NCBI GenBank assembly: GCA_964595755.1 | Contig: CAZQQZ010000002.1 | Coordinates: forward strand, 1-37,817 | Direction of reading: 5' to 3' | DNA from: an uncultured Candidatus Saccharibacteria bacterium | Lineage (GTDB): Bacteria > Patescibacteriota > WWE3 > CAZQQZ01 | Length of the DNA stretch: 37,817 nucleotides | In this document: piece by piece, positions 15,276-24,358 of the stretch | Numbering within the stretch: the stretch's first letter is position 1 | Layout of the letters: each line of letters starts with the position of its first letter | The notes under the pieces: model-generated | What the model saw: the letters and a program-made list of their open reading frames with translations, nothing else | What the model was told of the DNA's origin: nothing | Database searches by the model: none | Translations under genes and position numbers: made by a program

Positions 15276-16046
15276 TCATTTAACAAAAGGAAATGTCCAA
15301 AAATTAATAGCGTCTTTAAAAAAGATCAAAGCAAGATACGCCCCCGCAATAAGAAAAGGTCCAAAAGCGATCTCGGATTTCATCTTTTTCCTTCCTAACA
15401 ATATAAGTATCACCCCTACTAAGCTGCCTGTCAAGAAGGCAATTAATAATGCAACCAAAATGACAGGGTATCCAGTTAGTAAGCCAATGAAAATGGCAAT
15501 CAAAATGTCTCCCTCACCCATTCCTTTTCCTTTTGTTACGGCCCAAAGAAACCAAAAAAATAATCCTGCCAAAAGACTCCCTAAAACATTGTTTAAAATT
15601 ATTCGGGGATCTTGCAGATTATTAAAAATAGTGTAACCTAGGGCAAAAAAAATCGCCGGGTAGGAAAGCGCGTCCAAAACCAAACTGTATTTAAGGTCAA
15701 TCATAAAAATCGCCACCGATAAAGAAATAATTATTAGAGCAAGAACATAAGAGGTAATCGAAAAGTAATAATGAAAAGAGAATAAAAACAAAAGTCCGGT
15801 CGTGAGCTCGACCAAAGGATATTGAATATTTATCTTTTTGCCACAGAATCGACATTTTCCAAAAAGGAATAGATAACTAAAAACAGGGATCAAATCAATG
15901 GGGGAAAGAATTTTGTGGCAATGATCACAAACTGATCGTCGATTAATAAATTTTTTATCAAAAGGCAAACAATCGATTAAAACATTAAGAAAGGAACCAA
16001 CTGCGCTTCCTAGTAAAAAAAGAATCATGTAAACTAAATAGTTCAT
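15276..16046 (-). CDS. pilD: prepilin peptidase (A24 family)
   Basis: This is a 256-aa polytopic membrane protein with an N-terminal CxxC...CxxC (CDHCHK...CRFCGK) and a GEGD-type acidic motif. Confidence 0.9.
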   Translation of the reverse strand: MNYLVYMILFLLGSAVGSFLNVLIDCLPFDKKFINRRSVCDHCHKILSPIDLIPVFSYLFLFGKCRFCGKKINIQYPLVELTTGLLFLFSFHYYFSITSYVLALIIISLSVAIFMIDLKYSLVLDALSYPAIFFALGYTIFNNLQDPRIILNNVLGSLLAGLFFWFLWAVTKGKGMGEGDILIAIFIGLLTGYPVILVALLIAFLTGSLVGVILILLGRKKMKSEIAFGPFLIAGAYLALIFFKDAINFWTFPFVK

Positions 16047-16510
16047 TTTGTGCAGTAATAACAGTTAGCCAAATTAATATCGCAATCAGCAAGTTTCTTA
16101 AACTCTTTTGATTTTGGAACAAAACAAATTTCAAATGCCCTGCCTTCTGAGATAGGACGTAACTGCAAATGTGATAGGGTAGGGGAGTCTAAAAATTTTT
16201 GTTCCAAAAAACCGGAAGAAACAAGGATATTTAGCGAAAGTAAGGGGTCGTCGGCAGAGATAGAAGTACCGGAAAAAGTCCCCTCCGGCCAAGGCCAGGT
16301 CCTTTTTTGCTTGTAATATTGTTTGAGGGAGAAAGCAAGACCAGTCGATTCCGATTCAAGATCCACATCATCCGCCCTAGCAATTTGTTCAAGCGGGTCC
16401 CGAGAAACGAAAACAGTTAAACCTAACGCCCCGAAAAGGGCAACGTACATCAGAAGCTCAACCAAATCTAATTTCCTTAGAAACCTAATTTTCAATTTAC
16501 AAATTTTCAA
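16043..16510 (-). CDS. pilin paralog with a degenerate prepilin cleavage site
   Basis: This is a 155-aa ORF with a TTG start. It has LDLVELLMYVALFGAL, which is pilin-helix-like with E5 but has Lys rather than Gly at -1. It shares the KQYYKQKRTWPWP pilin motif, and its 3' end overlaps the pilD start by 4 nt. The start codon is uncertain; alternatives are at 16495 and 16450. Confidence 0.5.
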   Translation of the reverse strand: MKICKLKIRFLRKLDLVELLMYVALFGALGLTVFVSRDPLEQIARADDVDLESESTGLAFSLKQYYKQKRTWPWPEGTFSGTSISADDPLLSLNILVSSGFLEQKFLDSPTLSHLQLRPISEGRAFEICFVPKSKEFKKLADCDINLANCYYCTK

Positions 16511-16600
16511 TTTTCAATCAATTTTTAATGACGAAATTTACAATTTGAAAATTAATACATTGTAAATTCATTGAAAATTGTTACTTGAAACTTGAAAATT
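16487..16600. repeat. inverted arrays of AT-rich 7-11-nt repeats (AATTTTC.. versus ..GAAAATT)
   Basis: The left part reads aattttcaatttacaaattttcaattttcaatcaattttt. The right part reads aatttgaaaattaatacattgtaaattcattgaaaattgttacttgaaacttgaaaatt. The two arms are approximate reverse complements. Confidence 0.55.
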
Positions 16601-16608
16601 CTCCCGAG

Positions 16609-17817
16609 TTAAAATTGACTAGTCAAATTATAAATCGGCGTAATGACAGATAGCATAAGCAAAGCCACCATCCCCCCAAGGGCAATCATAATAATTGGCT
16701 CAATCGCGGTGGAAAGGTTCTTGATCGACATTTCCGATTCGCTTTCGTAATAGGCAGAAAGTTTCATCAAAACTTCATCCACTTTACCGGTTTGCTCACC
16801 CACCGAAACCATTTGGGAAACAAGTGGGGGGAAATATGCGTTTTCTTTAAGAGGAATAGATAGAGGCTCACCTTTCCTGACCCTTTCGGCAGCGCTAGCG
16901 ATTCCTTCTTGGTAGATAACATTTGTCATCGATTCCGCGGCAATAGTTAATGATTCAAGAATTGGCACCCCAGAAGAGGCAAGAAGGCCGAGAGTTCTAG
17001 TAAATTCCGCCAGCTGGGTCTGCTTGGAAATTACTCCCACAATTGGCAATTTAAAAGTAATTCTTGCAAGCTGATGCTTCCCAACATCAGTCTTTTTATA
17101 TTTTCTAAAACCCAAAAATGCCCCGACTATAGCTAAAATAAGAAGATACCATCTTTTAACAAAAAAATCGGAGGTGCCCATTAGCACTTTGGTAATCATA
17201 GGAAGTTCCGCTCCCATATTTTCGTACATATCGGAAAGTTTGGGCATTACAAAAAGCATCATTAGGGCAAAAACACCGGCCATCGCCACCATAATTACAA
17301 TCGGATACACCATCGCCCCTTTAGTTTTCGACTGAAAATCTCGTTGCCGCTCCATTGTTTCCGCCAAACGAAGTAACGTTTTATCTAAGCCCCCAGATGC
17401 TTCACCCGCCTTGACTAAAGAAATAAAAACATTAGGAAAAATATTGGGGTGTCTCTCAAGCGCCTTTGAGAAAGAACTCCCCCCACGAATATCGCCAACC
17501 AGCTCGCCGACAACTTCTTTCATTCTTGCATTTGAGGTTTGTTCCTCAAGCACTTCCAGCGATTGCGCCAGAGGTAAACCGGCGTTTATCATCGTCGAAA
17601 GCTGTCTCGTAAAATCGACCTTTACGGAAAGGGGGATTTTGGAAAATCTTTTGAGAATGCTCTCGATGGTTAGTTGCTTTTCGGTAAGCATCAGAGAGGT
17701 TACCGTCACATTTTCTGCCGAAAGAGCCATAAGCGCCACTTTTTCAGTTGGGGCATCAATTGTGCCGTTTTTATCATTCCCTTGAGAATCTTTTCCGTTA
17801 TAACTATAAACTGGCAT
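16609..17817 (-). CDS. pilC: type IV pilus platform protein (GspF/PilC family)
   Basis: This is a 402-aa ORF with two T2SSF-type repeats and three TM segments. It follows pilT. Confidence 0.9.
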   Translation of the reverse strand: MPVYSYNGKDSQGNDKNGTIDAPTEKVALMALSAENVTVTSLMLTEKQLTIESILKRFSKIPLSVKVDFTRQLSTMINAGLPLAQSLEVLEEQTSNARMKEVVGELVGDIRGGSSFSKALERHPNIFPNVFISLVKAGEASGGLDKTLLRLAETMERQRDFQSKTKGAMVYPIVIMVAMAGVFALMMLFVMPKLSDMYENMGAELPMITKVLMGTSDFFVKRWYLLILAIVGAFLGFRKYKKTDVGKHQLARITFKLPIVGVISKQTQLAEFTRTLGLLASSGVPILESLTIAAESMTNVIYQEGIASAAERVRKGEPLSIPLKENAYFPPLVSQMVSVGEQTGKVDEVLMKLSAYYESESEMSIKNLSTAIEPIIMIALGGMVALLMLSVITPIYNLTSQF

Positions 17818-17822
17818 ATAAA

Positions 17823-18878
17823 TTAAACTTTAGAAACCAATCGGGAAACCTCTTCTGGCCTAAGGGTGTAGCCTTTAGCTACCTCGCTTGAAATTTTGTT
17901 TTCTTTAACTAGAGTTGCCAACGAGCGCTCAAGACTAATCATCCCCAAGTCGTAACTTGTGGCGATTACATTATCAATTTGATGAGTCTTACCCTCACGG
18001 ATAATGTTTCTTATCGCGGAATTCGCCAGAAGTATTTCGGTTGCCGGAACCCGTCTTCCATCAAGAGAAGGCACCAACCTTTGGGAAATTATTCCTTCAA
18101 TAATTGAAGCTAGTTGAATTCTAATTTGGCGCTGCTGATTTTCCGGAAAAACATCAATAATTCTGTCCACCGTTTGCGCGGCTGAATTAGTGTGCAAAGT
18201 AGCAAAAACAAGATGTCCGGTTTCTGCGATCGTAACCGCCGCAGAAACGGTCTCGAAATCGCGCATTTCCCCAATCAAAACGATATCCGGATCTTCCCGA
18301 AGGACTGAACGAAGGGCAATCTCCCAAGAATGGGTATCTTGGTGAACTTCCCGCTGATCAATTATCGAAAGCTTTGGTTCAAAAACATACTCGATCGGGT
18401 CCTCAACCGTGACTATATGAACGCTTCTCTCCCGATTGATCGACTCAAGCATTGCCGCAATGGTCGTAGATTTACCTTCTCCTGTTGGTCCGGTTATTAA
18501 TACAAACCCTTGAGGGAGTTTGCAAAAATCGGAAAGTACAGGAGGCAGCCCAAGCTCCTCAATTGTCGGAATTTCAAAAGGAATCAAGCGAAGGGCAACC
18601 CCCATAAAACCGCGCTGATGGTACACATTAACCCGAAAACGAGTATCCTTATAAGCATAAGAAAGATCAAATTCTTTACTTGCCAAAAATATCTCTTTTT
18701 GAGTCGGGGTCAGCAGTTCAAGCACCATTTCTTTGGCCACCTCGGCGGTGACTACTTCCGTCCCGGGAACAGGGGAAAGCTCCCCCTCAATTCTTAAGGT
18801 GGGAGGAGAGCCGACATTGATGTGAATGTCAGAAGCGTGGGAAGATATTGCTTTTTCTAAAATATCTTTAATTGTCAT
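17823..18878 (-). CDS. pilT: twitching-motility retraction ATPase
   Basis: This is a 351-aa ORF with a Walker A motif (GPTGEGKST) and the PilT signature AIRNIIREGK. Confidence 0.92.
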   Translation of the reverse strand: MTIKDILEKAISSHASDIHINVGSPPTLRIEGELSPVPGTEVVTAEVAKEMVLELLTPTQKEIFLASKEFDLSYAYKDTRFRVNVYHQRGFMGVALRLIPFEIPTIEELGLPPVLSDFCKLPQGFVLITGPTGEGKSTTIAAMLESINRERSVHIVTVEDPIEYVFEPKLSIIDQREVHQDTHSWEIALRSVLREDPDIVLIGEMRDFETVSAAVTIAETGHLVFATLHTNSAAQTVDRIIDVFPENQQRQIRIQLASIIEGIISQRLVPSLDGRRVPATEILLANSAIRNIIREGKTHQIDNVIATSYDLGMISLERSLATLVKENKISSEVAKGYTLRPEEVSRLVSKV

Positions 18879-18881
18879 AGT

Positions 18882-20639
18882 CTACCCCTGCGTTACCCTC
18901 ATCACATCTTCAATCGTAGTTTGCCCTTCCAAAACCTTCAAAAATCCATCCTGGAGCAAGGTGATCATTCCTTCTTCAACTGCCACTTTGGTCATTTCAT
19001 CTTCGCTTCGACGCTCGATAATCATCTTATTAATCCGATCAGAAGCGGCCATTACTTCAAAAATACCGGTTCTGCCTAAATACCCCGTCTTTCCACATTT
19101 ATCACAACCTTTTCCACGATAAAGCATCAGTTTTCCATCCTTTCTCTTTGGTTCCACATTTTTATAAAGGTCCCCCAAAGTAGAGACTATCTGATCCTCA
19201 ATCTCCTTTGGCACCGGGTATTCCTCCTTACAATTGTCACAAATCTTTCGGACTAGACGTTGGGCGAGAACAAGTTCAAGAGTAGAGGCAAGAAGGAAAG
19301 ACTCTACTTTCATATCAAGAAGTCGAGGAATCGCGCCGGTGGCGGAATTAGTGTGGAGAGTTGAAAGAACCACGTGTCCGGTTAGCGCCGCCTGAATAGC
19401 CAGACTGGCAGTTTCATCGTCTCGAATTTCTCCTACCATTATAATATTGGGGTCTTGACGAAGGATAGAACGAAGTCCGGAGGAGAAAGTCAGCCCCGCC
19501 CCCGGATTTATTTGCACTTGATTTGCCCCTTCAATCCTAATTTCAACCGGGTCCTCGAGAGTGATAATGTTCACTCTAACCGTATTTATTTTCGAGAGAG
19601 CTGAAGCTAAAGTAACCGTTTTTCCAGAACCCGTCGGTCCAGTTACCAAAATAATACCGTCGTGAACAAGAAGCGCTTTCTCTAATTTTTTAAGACCAGG
19701 GCCCACTAACCCAAGATCCCTAAGCTGTATGACCGTGCTTTCTTTTCTAAGAAGTCTAATAACCACTTTTTCCCCGTTTGATGTAGGGAGGGTTGACACA
19801 CGAAGATCAGTTTCCATTTTACCCACTTTGATCTTAAATCGACCATCTTGAGGCACTCTTTTTTCATCAATTTTTAAGTTTGAAAGAATCTTTATACGAG
19901 CAATAATTGAGTCGTGGGCGTCGTGGGGGATAGTTTTGATTCTCTCTTGCAAAACTCCATCGATTCTAAACCGAACTCTGGTAAAATCTTCTTGAGGCTC
20001 AACGTGAATATCGGACGCCCGGGATTTGTAGGCATACTCAAGAATCATCGATACAATCCTGGCAACCGGGGCCACCCGAATCCGTTCTTCTGCTTCTTCT
20101 AGTTGGTCTATCTCCTCCTTAATTTCCGCTGTTTTTATACCCGCCTCGGCAAGCGCCTCATTTACATCTTCGCCGATTTCCCCCCCAAATTGCTCACTAA
20201 GAACTTTGTTAAGCTCTTCTTCATCAACCGCAAAAGGCTCTACCTGTTTCCCGCTCTTCTTTTCCACAAATTGAATCGCCTCAAGATCCAAGGGGTCTGC
20301 CATGGCGACTTGAATTTTGTTACGGGAAATCTCGAAAGGAAAAATTCTATACTTTCTGGCGATTTGCTCGGAGATTACACCACTAACTTCTTGAGAAGGG
20401 GTCTTGTCCTTGAGGGAAACGAAAGGATAACCGTAAAGTTCACCCTTCACTTCGGCAATCTGTTTAGAGTTCATTATCCCGCTACTTCTGATAATATCCA
20501 AAAGAGGCTTACCTGTATTGGCACTTTCAAACTTTACTTGGGCTACTTGATCTTGGGTCAAAAAACCCTTACTGACGACGATTTCCTCAAATTTTTTAGG
20601 TGTGTTAGGCTTTTCCATGGGCAGATATATAAACTCCAT
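18882..20639 (-). CDS. pilB: type IV pilus assembly ATPase (GspE/PilB family)
   Basis: This is a 585-aa ORF with an N-terminal T2SSE_N-type domain, a Walker A motif (GPTGSGKT) and the tetracysteine CDNC...CDKC. An alternative start is at 20618. Confidence 0.92.
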   Translation of the reverse strand: MEFIYLPMEKPNTPKKFEEIVVSKGFLTQDQVAQVKFESANTGKPLLDIIRSSGIMNSKQIAEVKGELYGYPFVSLKDKTPSQEVSGVISEQIARKYRIFPFEISRNKIQVAMADPLDLEAIQFVEKKSGKQVEPFAVDEEELNKVLSEQFGGEIGEDVNEALAEAGIKTAEIKEEIDQLEEAEERIRVAPVARIVSMILEYAYKSRASDIHVEPQEDFTRVRFRIDGVLQERIKTIPHDAHDSIIARIKILSNLKIDEKRVPQDGRFKIKVGKMETDLRVSTLPTSNGEKVVIRLLRKESTVIQLRDLGLVGPGLKKLEKALLVHDGIILVTGPTGSGKTVTLASALSKINTVRVNIITLEDPVEIRIEGANQVQINPGAGLTFSSGLRSILRQDPNIIMVGEIRDDETASLAIQAALTGHVVLSTLHTNSATGAIPRLLDMKVESFLLASTLELVLAQRLVRKICDNCKEEYPVPKEIEDQIVSTLGDLYKNVEPKRKDGKLMLYRGKGCDKCGKTGYLGRTGIFEVMAASDRINKMIIERRSEDEMTKVAVEEGMITLLQDGFLKVLEGQTTIEDVMRVTQG

Positions 20640-20723
20640 AAAGTATCACACGCCAAAAACTCCGTGTCAACATTCCTTTTTCCCCCTTGAAACCTATTGC
20701 CCTGTTATGGTACTATGGAGACC

Positions 20724-21005
20724 ATGCAAAAATACGAAGTGGTCACAATTTTAATAGGAAACTTAACTGAAACGGAAGCAAAAAAGATAGAGGCCGAAAT
20801 TAAGGAGAATATTAACAAAAATGGTAAAATACTTACCGAAGAAACTTGGGGAAAAAGAAGGCTGGCCTACAAAGTCGCAAAGCAAACTGAGGGCTTCTAC
20901 TATTTCTACACGTTGGAAACAGACCGTGCCAAAGTCACTTTAATTAAAGATTATTTAAGAAGAAATGTCAAAATTGTCCGTTTTTTATTCATTAAGCTTT
21001 CTTAA
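20724..21005 (+). CDS. rpsF: 30S ribosomal protein S6
   Basis: The tracked ORF starts with TTG at 20697. The S6-typical N-terminus MQKYEVVTIL begins at the ATG at 20724. Confidence 0.9.
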   Translation: MQKYEVVTILIGNLTETEAKKIEAEIKENINKNGKILTEETWGKRRLAYKVAKQTEGFYYFYTLETDRAKVTLIKDYLRRNVKIVRFLFIKLS

Positions 21006-21023
21006 AAGCTAACAATATTAATT

Positions 21024-21470
21024 ATGTCTCGTTCACTAAATAGGGCGGAAATAATTGGGAATATGACCCGCGACCCGGAGATGAAATATACTCCGAGGGG
21101 CGACGCGGTCACTAATTTTTCGGTGGCGACGAACCGCCAGTGGGTAACTGACGGAGAAACCAAGGAAGAAGTGGAATTTCATAATGTGGTTGCTTGGACG
21201 AAGTTAGCCGAACTTTGTGCTCAACTTTTGAAAAAGGGCTCTAAAGTTTACATTTCTGGCAGATTAAGGACCAGAAACTGGGATGACGCTCAAGGAGTAA
21301 AACATTATCGAACAGAGATTGTTGCCGATGACATGGTTGTTCTAAGTCGTCCTGATGGGGCGGGAAGAGCACCTGAAGTAAAAACAGGAGAACCAGAAAG
21401 CGCGCCAACTAAGAAAGAAACAGTTACAGAGGAAGTTACAGAAGAAGATACTAAAGATATGCCATTTTGA
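21024..21470 (+). CDS. ssb: single-stranded DNA-binding protein
   Basis: This is a 148-aa ORF with an OB-fold N-terminus (LNRAEIIGNMTRDPE) and an acidic tail ending in DMPF. Confidence 0.92.
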   Translation: MSRSLNRAEIIGNMTRDPEMKYTPRGDAVTNFSVATNRQWVTDGETKEEVEFHNVVAWTKLAELCAQLLKKGSKVYISGRLRTRNWDDAQGVKHYRTEIVADDMVVLSRPDGAGRAPEVKTGEPESAPTKKETVTEEVTEEDTKDMPF

Positions 21471-21472
21471 TT

Positions 21473-21541
21473 GGTTGCTTAGCGAGATTTTTGAGCTTAG
21501 CAACCATCAATCCCTCCGAAGCTCCAAAGGAGCGAAGGGGG
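21473..21541 (+). promoter_or_regulatory. two adjacent hairpins between ssb and rpsR
   Basis: Hairpin 1 pairs GGTTGCTTAGC (21473..21483) with GCTTAGCAACC (21495..21505), with one T-T mismatch. Hairpin 2 at 21512..21541 reads CCCTCC GAA GCTCC AAA GGAGC GAA GGGGG, with symmetric GAA/GAA internal loops. Confidence 0.35.
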
Positions 21542-21545
21542 ATAT

Positions 21546-21824
21546 GTGAGTGATTTACTATTTACTATGCCAAAAAAGGAAAAAAGAAAACCGTCTCTAA
21601 TTAAAAAAGTTCGTAAGCCCGGCTTCTGCGCTATTTGCAAAGAAGGGGCGGAAGTGTCGTACAAAGATATTCTTCTTCTCAAGAGATTTACCACAACGAG
21701 AGGAAAAATCATCCCCCGCAAAGTTTCCGGAATTTGCGCGTCCCATCAAAGAAAACTCGGCGGAGAAATTAAAATTGCTAGATTTTTGGCACTGTTGCCG
21801 TTTACCGAGCGTCATGCAATCTAA
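21546..21824 (+). CDS. rpsR: 30S ribosomal protein S18
   Basis: This is a 92-aa ORF with YKDILLLKRFTTTRGKIIPRKVSG and HQRKL. An alternative start is at 21567 (MPKKEKRK). Confidence 0.9.
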   Translation: MSDLLFTMPKKEKRKPSLIKKVRKPGFCAICKEGAEVSYKDILLLKRFTTTRGKIIPRKVSGICASHQRKLGGEIKIARFLALLPFTERHAI

Positions 21825-21845
21825 ATTTTATTATTTTCTGCCTAG

Positions 21846-23075
21846 ATGGAAGAACAAATCCCCAAAAACCAAAGGTTGAAGTTCCTGCCCCTCATTCCGC
21901 TTATTTTTTTAGCGATAATTTTTTTGCTTTCCGGCTATTATTTTGGACGACGTGGATATACCGCCGAGATCAAAAATTTCCGCCCCAAAGTAACGGTTTA
22001 TAACAAAAAAGATACTTACGACAATGTAGATTTTACAAATTTTTGGCAGGTTTGGGATCTAATCAATGAGAAATATATCACTAAGCAGGACAGCAAAACC
22101 CTTTTGTATGGCGCAATTGAAGGCCTGACAAAAGCAACCGGCGACCCATATACCTCCTTTTTAACCCCAGACCAAAACGACTCTTTTAGCCAAGGGCTTG
22201 CCGGTGAGTATGAAGGAGTAGGCATCGAGCTTGGTATGAAAAATGAAAGTCTTTTGATAATTGCCCCATTAGAGGGATCCCCCGCCGAAAAATCGGGAAT
22301 CCAGGCGGGAGATTTGATTCAAAAGATTAACGATAAAGAAACTGCCGGGATGAGCCTAACTAACGCGGTGAGCATAATTAGGGGAAAGGAAGGAACAAAA
22401 ATTACCCTCACCCTTCTCCACGAAGGAGAAAAAGAATACAAAGATTACGAGATAACTAGGGCCAAAATTCTGGTCCCCTCGGTCACTTGGAAAGATGCCG
22501 GAGAAGGAATAGTCCAATTAAGACTATCTCGTTTCGGCGACACCACCAATAGAGAATGGCGCGATACGGTAGATGAAATTTTACAAAAAAGACCAGGGTT
22601 AAAAGGAATTGTTCTTGATCTTCGGGGAAACCCTGGCGGATACTTATCTGGAAGTGTTTTTGTTGTCTCGGAATTCGTCTCGGCCGGAAAAACAGTTCTA
22701 ATAGAAGAATTTGCTGACATGACGAGGAAAGAGGTAAAAACGGAATTTTCAGGAAAACTCCTAAATGTACCAACAGTTATTCTCATTGATGGCGGAAGCG
22801 CCTCCTCGTCAGAGATTGTCGCCGCCGCTCTTCGAAATTTAAAAAAATTTAAAGTGGTCGGGGTAAACTCATTCGGAAAAGGAACCATTCAAGACGCGGA
22901 AGATTTTTCTGACGGATCAGGAATCCACATCACCGTGGCCAAATGGCTCGACCCAGACGGAAATTGGTATCACGAAATAGGAATCGAACCGGATGTGGCA
23001 GTTGAAGTTGACAAGGCTAAAAAAGAAGAGGGCATTGATAATCAACTTGAAAAAGCGGTTGAACGGTTGAAATAA
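21846..23075 (+). CDS. ctpA: S41-family carboxy-terminal processing protease with a PDZ domain
   Basis: This is a 409-aa ORF with an N-terminal TM segment, a PDZ domain (GSPAEKSGIQAGDLI), LDLRGNPGG and GGSASSSEI. Confidence 0.88.
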   Translation: MEEQIPKNQRLKFLPLIPLIFLAIIFLLSGYYFGRRGYTAEIKNFRPKVTVYNKKDTYDNVDFTNFWQVWDLINEKYITKQDSKTLLYGAIEGLTKATGDPYTSFLTPDQNDSFSQGLAGEYEGVGIELGMKNESLLIIAPLEGSPAEKSGIQAGDLIQKINDKETAGMSLTNAVSIIRGKEGTKITLTLLHEGEKEYKDYEITRAKILVPSVTWKDAGEGIVQLRLSRFGDTTNREWRDTVDEILQKRPGLKGIVLDLRGNPGGYLSGSVFVVSEFVSAGKTVLIEEFADMTRKEVKTEFSGKLLNVPTVILIDGGSASSSEIVAAALRNLKKFKVVGVNSFGKGTIQDAEDFSDGSGIHITVAKWLDPDGNWYHEIGIEPDVAVEVDKAKKEEGIDNQLEKAVERLK

Positions 23076-23077
23076 TC

Positions 23078-23117
23078 AATTGTTTAATTGTTAAATTGCT
23101 GAATTGTTGAATTGCTA
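23078..23117. repeat. five tandem 8-nt units, AATTG(T/C)TN
   Basis: The units are AATTGTTT AATTGTTA AATTGCTG AATTGTTG AATTGCTA. They begin directly after the ctpA stop codon. Confidence 0.6.
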
Positions 23118-23184
23118 AAACCCAAGAGATAATCAGGTGAGAGTCTTAAGTTAATTTTAAGTTAGCCTGTTTAAAAATGTAGTT

Positions 23185-24303
23185 ATGAAAAAAACTACCC
23201 TTATCCTCATAATCTCAATTCTTGTTCTTATCGGGAGCGCTTTGTTTACACGCTCCTACATTGGAGTTGACAGTAAAATCAAGGACTTTTTCGGTAATAT
23301 CACAGAGAAGGTGGTAAAAGTAGACCAACAAGTGGTCACTAGAAGAACTGTGATTAGCGAAGAGGACGCAGTTATCGAAATGGTTGCGAAAGCCTCTCCT
23401 TCGGTCGTTTCCATCGTCGCCAAAAGAACCTCCTTCGATCCCTTCCGGGGTCCAATGGTCCAAGAATCTGGGATTGGAACCGGATTTGTGATTGACAAAA
23501 AAGGTACTATTTTAACCAATAAACACGTTGTTTCTGATACTGGAACCAAATTTACCGTCTTATCAAAAGATGGAAAAACTTACAATGTTTTGCAAATCAA
23601 CCTCGACCCTTCAAATGACCTTGCCATTTTAAAAACGGACGCTACAGACCTTGACCCAATTGAACTTGGGGATTCCGATGGCATTAAACTTGGACAGACC
23701 GTAGTAGCGATTGGAAACGCCCTCGGGCGATTTACCAATACCGTTACAAAAGGGGTGGTCTCTGGAATCGGAAGAGGAATCACTGCCTCCGCCAGTCCTT
23801 TTAGCGCCGGAGAAGCTTTGGAAAATGTGATTCAAACCGACGCCGCCCTAAATCCGGGAAATTCAGGCGGACCCCTAATTGATCTTGACGGAAGAGTTAT
23901 TGGCGTAAATGTTGCCATCGCCTCTGGAACAGAGAATATCGGTTTTTCAATCCCCATTAATACAATCAAACCGGTACTTGAAGAGTTTGAGAAAAGTGGA
24001 AAAATCTCCCGACCGTTTATTGGCATCGAATATATTTTGATCTCGAAAGATGTTGCCTTGATGAATAGCGTTCCTGAGGGAGCGTATGTAAAAAGCGTGG
24101 TTACCGGGTCGGCTGCGGAAGAAGCGGGATTACTTTCTGGCGATATTATAACCGAAATCGACGGAGAAAAAGTAAATGACGGAAATCCGTTGGCCAAAAT
24201 CATTCAGAAACACAAAGTCGGGGATAGGATTCAACTTTCGGTTGACAGAAATGGCAACGCAAAAACTCTTTCTGCCACTCTAAAGGAATCAGCTACCGAG
24301 TAA
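23185..24303 (+). CDS. htrA: HtrA/DegP-family serine protease with a PDZ domain
   Basis: This is a 372-aa ORF with TNKHVV (His), NDLAILK (Asp), GNSGGPL (Ser) and a C-terminal PDZ domain (GSAAEEAGLLSGDII). Confidence 0.9.
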   Translation: MKKTTLILIISILVLIGSALFTRSYIGVDSKIKDFFGNITEKVVKVDQQVVTRRTVISEEDAVIEMVAKASPSVVSIVAKRTSFDPFRGPMVQESGIGTGFVIDKKGTILTNKHVVSDTGTKFTVLSKDGKTYNVLQINLDPSNDLAILKTDATDLDPIELGDSDGIKLGQTVVAIGNALGRFTNTVTKGVVSGIGRGITASASPFSAGEALENVIQTDAALNPGNSGGPLIDLDGRVIGVNVAIASGTENIGFSIPINTIKPVLEEFEKSGKISRPFIGIEYILISKDVALMNSVPEGAYVKSVVTGSAAEEAGLLSGDIITEIDGEKVNDGNPLAKIIQKHKVGDRIQLSVDRNGNAKTLSATLKESATE

Positions 24304-24321
24304 TGGCAAAAAAACTATCTG

Positions 24322-24350
24322 TTGACCGAAAAGAAAATTGCGGTTATCAT
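24322..24350 (+). promoter_or_regulatory. putative promoter of the large secreted-protein gene
   Basis: It consists of TTGACC, a 17-nt spacer and TATCAT. The ATG at 24359 lies 8 nt after the -10 box. Confidence 0.5.
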
Positions 24351-24358
24351 TTAAGGTA

